From positions 2,260-31,197 of the forward strand of contig CAZXTB010000001.1 in the NCBI GenBank assembly GCA_964643535.1: a DNA stretch of 28,938 nt, given 5' to 3'. Source of the DNA: an uncultured Erysipelotrichaceae bacterium. GTDB taxonomy: Bacteria > Bacillota_I > Bacilli_A > Erysipelotrichales > Erysipelotrichaceae. Below are positions 24,127 to 28,938 of this stretch, one piece after another. Position 1 is the stretch's first letter; every line of letters starts with the position of its first letter. Under the pieces are notes generated by a model. The model made no database searches and had not been told where the DNA came from. It saw only the letters and a program-made list of their open reading frames with translations. A program made the translations under genes and the position numbers.

Positions 24127-25644
24127 ATGCAACATCTCGATATTATATTAGCCATGAATCATGTCAGTAAAAGTTTTCCTGGGGTAAAAGCATTGGATGA
24201 TGTGTCTTTCCACGTTAGACGTGGCACAGTACATGCTTTAATGGGTGAAAACGGAGCTGGAAAATCCACATTAATGAAATGTCTCTTTGGAATCTACTCC
24301 TTAGATGAAGGTGAGATTCTATTTGACGGTAAACAAGTTCATTTTCATAATCCTGAAGATGCTCTCAAAGCTGGGATTTCTATGATTCATCAAGAACTAC
24401 AACCGATACCTTATCGAAACATCGCAGAAAACCTTTGGGTAGGACGCTATCCATCCAAAAAGATTTTGGGTTTATTCTCTATTGTCGATCACAAACAAAT
24501 GAAAAAGAGTTCAGAAGAATTGCTTAAAAGAGTTGGTCTCAATCTGAATCCAAACACATTACTAAAAGAACTCTCTGTATCTCAGATCCAGTCGATCGAA
24601 ATTGCGAAAGCCATTTCATATAATGCCAAAGTCATTATTATGGATGAACCTACATCTTCCTTAACTCAAGCTGAGGTTAATCAGTTGTTTGAGATCATAA
24701 CTACTTTAAAGAATCTTGGTGTATCCATTATTTATATTTCTCATAAGATGGAAGAGATTTTAAAGATCTCAGATGAAGTAACCATCATGAGAGATGGGAA
24801 GTACATTGGAACATGGTTGGCTAAAGAATTAACGATGGAGAAAATCATTAAGAATATGGTTGGTCGTGAATTGACCAATCTATATCCTCCTAAAACCAAT
24901 GTTCCTGGCGAAGTTTCTTTTGAAGTCAAGGACTTAAGTTCCACAAATCCAAAGTCTTTTAAGAATATTTCGTTTAGTGCCCATCGAGGTGAAATATTTG
25001 GGATAGGGGGCTTGGTTGGAGCACAAAGAACTGAACTCGTTGAGGGAATATTTGGTCTTCGATCTATTAAGTCAGGTGAAATATATTTACACAACAAAAA
25101 GATAGAAATTAAACAACCTCACAGTGCTGTTAAGCAAGGTCTCGCCTTGGTTACAGAAGATCGTAGAGGCAATGGAATCTTTGGCGTATTATCGGTAAGA
25201 GATAATGTCGCTGTGGCCTCTTTAGATGAATTCGTCCAATTTCACTTCATGCTTAATAATGCTAAACTCAACCAATTGGCTGAAACCAACATTAAGAAGC
25301 TAAGTATAAAAACCCCTAGCACAAAAACTAAGATCCAAACCCTCTCTGGGGGTAATCAACAAAAGGTTATCATCTCAAGATGGTTGGCTGTTAATCCAGA
25401 CATCTTCATTCTTGATGAACCTACTCGAGGCATCGACGTTGGTGCCAAATACGAAATCTATAGCATCATGTTGGATCTTGCCAATCAAGGTAAGACCATC
25501 ATCATGATTAGCTCAGAGATGTCAGAGTTGTTGGGGATCAGCGATAGAATTATGGTCATGTGTGAAGGCAGATTGAGTGGCATACTAGATCGTTCAGAAG
25601 CAAATCAGGAAAAGATCATGGCTCTGGCGACAGCGTACATGTAA
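24127..25644 (+). CDS. mglA: Sugar ABC transporter (CUT2) ATP-binding protein, two ABC domains
   Basis: GENGAGKST Walker A, IIMDEPT, LSGGNQQK, ILDEPTRGIDVGAK and MISSEMSEL. Confidence 0.93.
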   Translation: MQHLDIILAMNHVSKSFPGVKALDDVSFHVRRGTVHALMGENGAGKSTLMKCLFGIYSLDEGEILFDGKQVHFHNPEDALKAGISMIHQELQPIPYRNIAENLWVGRYPSKKILGLFSIVDHKQMKKSSEELLKRVGLNLNPNTLLKELSVSQIQSIEIAKAISYNAKVIIMDEPTSSLTQAEVNQLFEIITTLKNLGVSIIYISHKMEEILKISDEVTIMRDGKYIGTWLAKELTMEKIIKNMVGRELTNLYPPKTNVPGEVSFEVKDLSSTNPKSFKNISFSAHRGEIFGIGGLVGAQRTELVEGIFGLRSIKSGEIYLHNKKIEIKQPHSAVKQGLALVTEDRRGNGIFGVLSVRDNVAVASLDEFVQFHFMLNNAKLNQLAETNIKKLSIKTPSTKTKIQTLSGGNQQKVIISRWLAVNPDIFILDEPTRGIDVGAKYEIYSIMLDLANQGKTIIMISSEMSELLGISDRIMVMCEGRLSGILDRSEANQEKIMALATAYM

Positions 25645-25654
25645 GGAGAAAATC

Positions 25655-26656
25655 ATGAAAAAATTCTTAAATAATTTCAAGGGTCCTAACTTAAAGAACA
25701 CCCTAGTAGACAATGCCATGTATCTGATTTTGTTAAGCATTTTGATTTCAGTATCGATTGCTCAACCATTGTTTCTATCAGCCAACAATCTCACCAATAT
25801 TTTAATGAATTCATCGATCCGTATCCTGATTGCCTTGGGTGTCAGCGGTGCCCTGATTACGCGTGGGACTGACTTATCCGCAGGGAGAATCGTAGGTGTA
25901 GGGGCTGTTATAGGGGGGACCTTGTTGCAACGTCCTGACTATGCAGCGAAATTTTTTCCTACCTTGGGTGATATGCCTGTCTTAGGTATACTCCTGATTG
26001 CCGTTACGATCACTGCCCTTATCGGGTTGGTGAACGGATTGGTCATCTCTTATCTACATGTACCTCCGTTTATCGCAACCTTAGGGATGCAATCTATATT
26101 GTATGGGTTGGCATTGATCTATACCAAATCTCAACCAATTGGGGGCTTGAAAGATGATTATACTTATCTTGCTTCTGGACGAATCGCGAATATACCTATC
26201 CTAATTATCATCGCCATTGCGATGATTGGGGTTATGTGGTTCTTATTGAATATGACTAAATTTGGTAAATACATCTATGCCATTGGTGGAAATGAATCGG
26301 CTGCTGAAGTCGCAGGCGTAAACATCAAATGGACTAAAATTAGAGTCTATATCTTAGCGGGTTTGTTTTATGGATTGGCGGGTTTCTTGCTTGCTGCTAA
26401 GAGTGGTGGTGCTACCGCCAATTATGGTATAGGATACGAACTAGAAGCCATTGCAGCCTGTACGATTGGTGGTGTAAGTACCGCTGGTGGTGTAGGTAAG
26501 ATCCAAGGTATCGTTTCTGGGGTCTTGGTATTTGAAATGTTAAAAACAAGCTTACAGTTCTTACGTGTACCTTCAGATCTTCAATATGTAGCCATTGGTA
26601 CTGTAATCGTCATTGCTGTTGCCATCGATATTCGTAAATATCTGGCCAAGAAATAA
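25655..26656 (+). CDS. mglC: Sugar ABC transporter permease
   Basis: RGTDLSAGR, HVPPFIATLG, KFGKYIYAIGGNESAAEVAGV and YELEAIAACTIGGVS. Confidence 0.92.
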   Translation: MKKFLNNFKGPNLKNTLVDNAMYLILLSILISVSIAQPLFLSANNLTNILMNSSIRILIALGVSGALITRGTDLSAGRIVGVGAVIGGTLLQRPDYAAKFFPTLGDMPVLGILLIAVTITALIGLVNGLVISYLHVPPFIATLGMQSILYGLALIYTKSQPIGGLKDDYTYLASGRIANIPILIIIAIAMIGVMWFLLNMTKFGKYIYAIGGNESAAEVAGVNIKWTKIRVYILAGLFYGLAGFLLAAKSGGATANYGIGYELEAIAACTIGGVSTAGGVGKIQGIVSGVLVFEMLKTSLQFLRVPSDLQYVAIGTVIVIAVAIDIRKYLAKK

Positions 26657-26661
26657 AAAAT

Positions 26662-26689
26662 AAGCAAGTGTGGATGACACACTTGCTTT
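26662..26689 (+). terminator. Hairpin after mglC (probably leaky terminator)
   Basis: Perfect 11-bp stem AAGCAAGTGTG-GATGA-CACACTTGCTT with a short T tail; only 13 nt separate the stem from the next ATG. Confidence 0.7.
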
Positions 26690-26701
26690 CTAAAAGGAAC
26701 C

Positions 26702-27598
26702 ATGGAAACCATCACAATCACCTCCGAATTAAAGCTCTCCAGAGTCATACAAGGATTCTGGCGTTTAAAAAGCTGGCATTTTACCCCCCAACAACTTTGT
26801 GACTTTATGAACTCTGCCATAGAATTAGGGGTAACTACCTTTGATACAGCTGAAATCTATGGAGATTATGAGGCGGAAGCACAACTAGGTGCTGCTTTAG
26901 AATTGGATCCAAGTTTAAGGGCTAAAATTCAAATCATTACCAAAACGGGTATTAATAAACCACATCCAGATTATCCTTATCGGACCAAACATTATGAGAC
27001 CAGTTATGAGAAAATAATCTCTTCTTGTAATAAGAGTTTAGAGAAGCTCAAAACAGAATATATCGATGTCTATCTTATCCATCGAGAAGACCCTTTCTTT
27101 GATCATCATGGTGCCGCAAAAGCATTAGTAGAACTCAAAACACAAGGGAAAATAAGAGCCTATGGGGTCTGTAATTATGATCCGATTAAGTTTCATGCGT
27201 TCAACGAAATAACACATCATTCCTTGATAACCAATCAGATCGAGGTTTCTCCTCTGATGTTTGAACACTTCAATTCTGGAATGATGGATCTACTTCAAAT
27301 GGAAAGAGTTCATCCTATGTTTTGGTCACCTTTGGCAGGGGGATCAATCTTCACCTCTGATGATCCTGTTTGTTTAAGAGTGCGTGAAGTGCTAAGTCGA
27401 ATTGCTCAACATCATCATTGTGAGATGGACACGGTTGTTCATGCATGGTTATTAATGCATCCTGTAAAAGGGATGGTGATCAGCGGTAGTCAAAAGATAG
27501 ATCGATTAAAAAATGTAGTCGATGCTTTATCACTAAAGCTAGACTTAGAAGAATGGTATGAAATATATCTAGCGTCTGGCCAACAAGTCCTTCGCTAA
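26702..27598 (+). CDS. Aldo/keto reductase (YdhF/YcsN-like)
   Basis: LSRVIQGFWR, TTFDTAEIYG, ITKTG, YLIHREDP, NQIEVSP and WSPLAGG. Confidence 0.92.
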   Translation: METITITSELKLSRVIQGFWRLKSWHFTPQQLCDFMNSAIELGVTTFDTAEIYGDYEAEAQLGAALELDPSLRAKIQIITKTGINKPHPDYPYRTKHYETSYEKIISSCNKSLEKLKTEYIDVYLIHREDPFFDHHGAAKALVELKTQGKIRAYGVCNYDPIKFHAFNEITHHSLITNQIEVSPLMFEHFNSGMMDLLQMERVHPMFWSPLAGGSIFTSDDPVCLRVREVLSRIAQHHHCEMDTVVHAWLLMHPVKGMVISGSQKIDRLKNVVDALSLKLDLEEWYEIYLASGQQVLR

Positions 27599-27611
27599 AC
27601 AAGGAGAAAAC

Positions 27612-28601
27612 ATGTCGATTTGTGTGTGTGGAGGAGCAGGTTATATTGGAAGTCATGCGGTAAAATGTCTTGTTGATCATGGGCTAGACATTATCGTCAT
27701 TGATAATCTCTCCAAAGGTCATCGATCATCACTGGATTTTAGTATCCCGTTTTATCAAGGCGATTTAAGAGATCGTAAGTTCGTAGAAAAAGTCTTCTCT
27801 GAGAATAATATTGAAGGTGTGATCCATTTTGCGGCGGATTCTTTAGTGGGAGAAAGTGTTCTAGAACCCTTAAAGTATTACCAAAACAATGTGAATGGAA
27901 CCTTAACACTCTTAGAAGTAATGAACCAATACAAGGTAAAAACCATCATATTCTCATCTACCGCAGCTACTTATGGCGAGCCAGTTTCAACGCCTATTCT
28001 TGAACAGGATCCAACGATCCCTACAAGTCCTTATGGAGAATCCAAATTGGCAGTAGAAAAACTACTGAAATGGTGTGATTTAGCGTATGGGATAAAATAC
28101 ATCGTATTACGCTACTTCAACGTAGCAGGGGCTCATCTTAGCGCAAACATCGGAGAAGATCATCAACCAGAAACACATTTAATTCCTTTGATTCTTAATG
28201 TTGCTTTAGGTAAAAGTCCTTCAATCAAAATCTTTGGGACAGATTATCCTACGAAAGATGGGACCTGTATAAGAGATTATATTCATGTGATGGATTTGGC
28301 TGAAGCGCACTTCTTAGCGTTAAACAAGGTCTTAGAAACCCGTCAATCCAAGACTTATAATCTAGGTAATGGTCAAGGATATTCTGTTCAAGAAGTCGTT
28401 CAAACCGCACGTGATGTCACAGGCCATCCTATCCCAACGCTATCCATTGAAAGACGTCCTGGAGATCCAGCCATACTGTTGGCTTCTTCTCAAAAAGCTT
28501 GTGAAGAGTTGGGATGGAAACCTCAGTATTATGAACTCTCAACCATCATCCAAAGTGCGTGGGCATTTCATCAAAAATATCCCAAGGGCTATCTAGATTA
28601 A
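27612..28601 (+). CDS. galE: UDP-glucose 4-epimerase
   Basis: GGAGYIGSH, HFAADSLVGESV, SSTAATYG, YGESK, LRYFNVAGA, HLIPLIL, DGTCIRDYIHV and RRPGDP. SD AAGGAG. Confidence 0.96.
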   Translation: MSICVCGGAGYIGSHAVKCLVDHGLDIIVIDNLSKGHRSSLDFSIPFYQGDLRDRKFVEKVFSENNIEGVIHFAADSLVGESVLEPLKYYQNNVNGTLTLLEVMNQYKVKTIIFSSTAATYGEPVSTPILEQDPTIPTSPYGESKLAVEKLLKWCDLAYGIKYIVLRYFNVAGAHLSANIGEDHQPETHLIPLILNVALGKSPSIKIFGTDYPTKDGTCIRDYIHVMDLAEAHFLALNKVLETRQSKTYNLGNGQGYSVQEVVQTARDVTGHPIPTLSIERRPGDPAILLASSQKACEELGWKPQYYELSTIIQSAWAFHQKYPKGYLD

Positions 28602-28608
28602 AGCTTAT

Positions 28609-28632
28609 CTATTCTCTAGTAATAGAGAATAG
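28609..28632. repeat. Perfect 10-bp hairpin with a GTAA tetraloop after galE
   Basis: CTATTCTCTA-GTAA-TAGAGAATAG; no U tract directly after it. Confidence 0.75.
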
Positions 28633-28690
28633 CCAACTCAATTTCTCTATCTCTAAATGTTCATTTTTTCTCCTTCCTCCAAAGGCAATC

Positions 28691-28716
28691 AAACCATCTC
28701 AATGGATGGTTTTTTT
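28691..28716 (+). terminator. Rho-independent terminator ending the galE transcript
   Basis: AAACCATC-TCAATG-GATGGTTT followed by a T run. Confidence 0.85.
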
Positions 28717-28784
28717 GTGTTTTAAGTGAAGAAATCTTAAGAAAGGGAAAGTATGGTGTACACTTAAATAAACAAGGAGTCTTT

Positions 28785-28938
28785 ATGATCATAAGAGAAG
28801 CTACTAAACACGATATACCTAGGATCCTTGAGATCTTCAATGATGTGCTTATCCATTCAACCTCAGTTTATGCCTATAAACCGGCTACCCTAGATGAACA
28901 GATCGAGTGGTTTAATCATAAAATTGATGAAGGTTATC
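28785..28938 (+). CDS. 5' part of a GNAT N-acetyltransferase (phosphinothricin acetyltransferase/MnaT-like), truncated by the window end
   Basis: SD AAGGAG (28774-28779); MIIREATKHDIPRILEIFNDVLIHSTSVYAYKPATLDEQIEWF resembles the N-terminus of PAT-family GNATs. Confidence 0.8.
   Translation, partial: MIIREATKHDIPRILEIFNDVLIHSTSVYAYKPATLDEQIEWFNHKIDEGY

Noticed and set aside
24741-28596. ORFs 24741-25097 (-), 26581-26820 (-), 27480-27680 (-) and 28369-28596 (+, out of frame in galE)
   Set aside because: They overlap conserved genes and have no SD or motif support.
1-28938. CRISPR array, tRNA/rRNA, transposase, integrase, prophage or anti-phage defence genes
   Set aside because: I saw no regularly spaced repeats, cloverleaf signatures or recombinase motifs. 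The Tm-1 homology alone does not support a defence call given the metabolic neighbours.

Overview
AT-rich chromosomal window of a low-GC Gram-positive (Bacillota-type) bacterium, judged from strong Shine-Dalgarno sites, sigmaA-like promoters, lipoprotein solute-binding proteins and cre-like boxes. Standard code 11 applies (TGA is used as stop). I found no rRNA, tRNA, CRISPR or mobile element. The window has four blocks. (1) 323-5575: an uncharacterised putative catabolic operon encoding a TIM-barrel/AraC fusion regulator, a UPF0261/Tm-1-like protein, a PEP-hydrolase-like TIM barrel, a DUF1097 membrane protein with an apparent TCA>TAA nonsense change, and an acetamidase/formamidase-family enzyme carrying two CxxC motifs. 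(2) 5820-10500: an orphan type IV pilin fused to BspA-type LRRs, tex behind a terminator-like leader, and a stand-alone UrdA/flavocytochrome-c-like FAD reductase. (3) 10732-16128: a triple DUF5050 lipoprotein, an ECF sigma factor, an RsgI-like (DINPS) anti-sigma candidate and a PHP-domain protein. (4) 16158-28601: a divergently arranged galactose-type locus with a GalK-like kinase plus nucleotidyltransferase on the minus strand, and a YesN/YesM-type two-component system, two MglB paralogues, MglA, MglC, an aldo/keto reductase and GalE on the plus strand; there is no galT or galM in the window. Partial genes lie at both ends. The best candidates for undescribed systems are the Tm-1/TIM-barrel/amidase operon, the apparently GalT-independent kinase + pyrophosphorylase + GalE route with three-component sensing, and the ECF sigma/RsgI-like pair. 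All family assignments come from motif recognition by eye; no database search was run.
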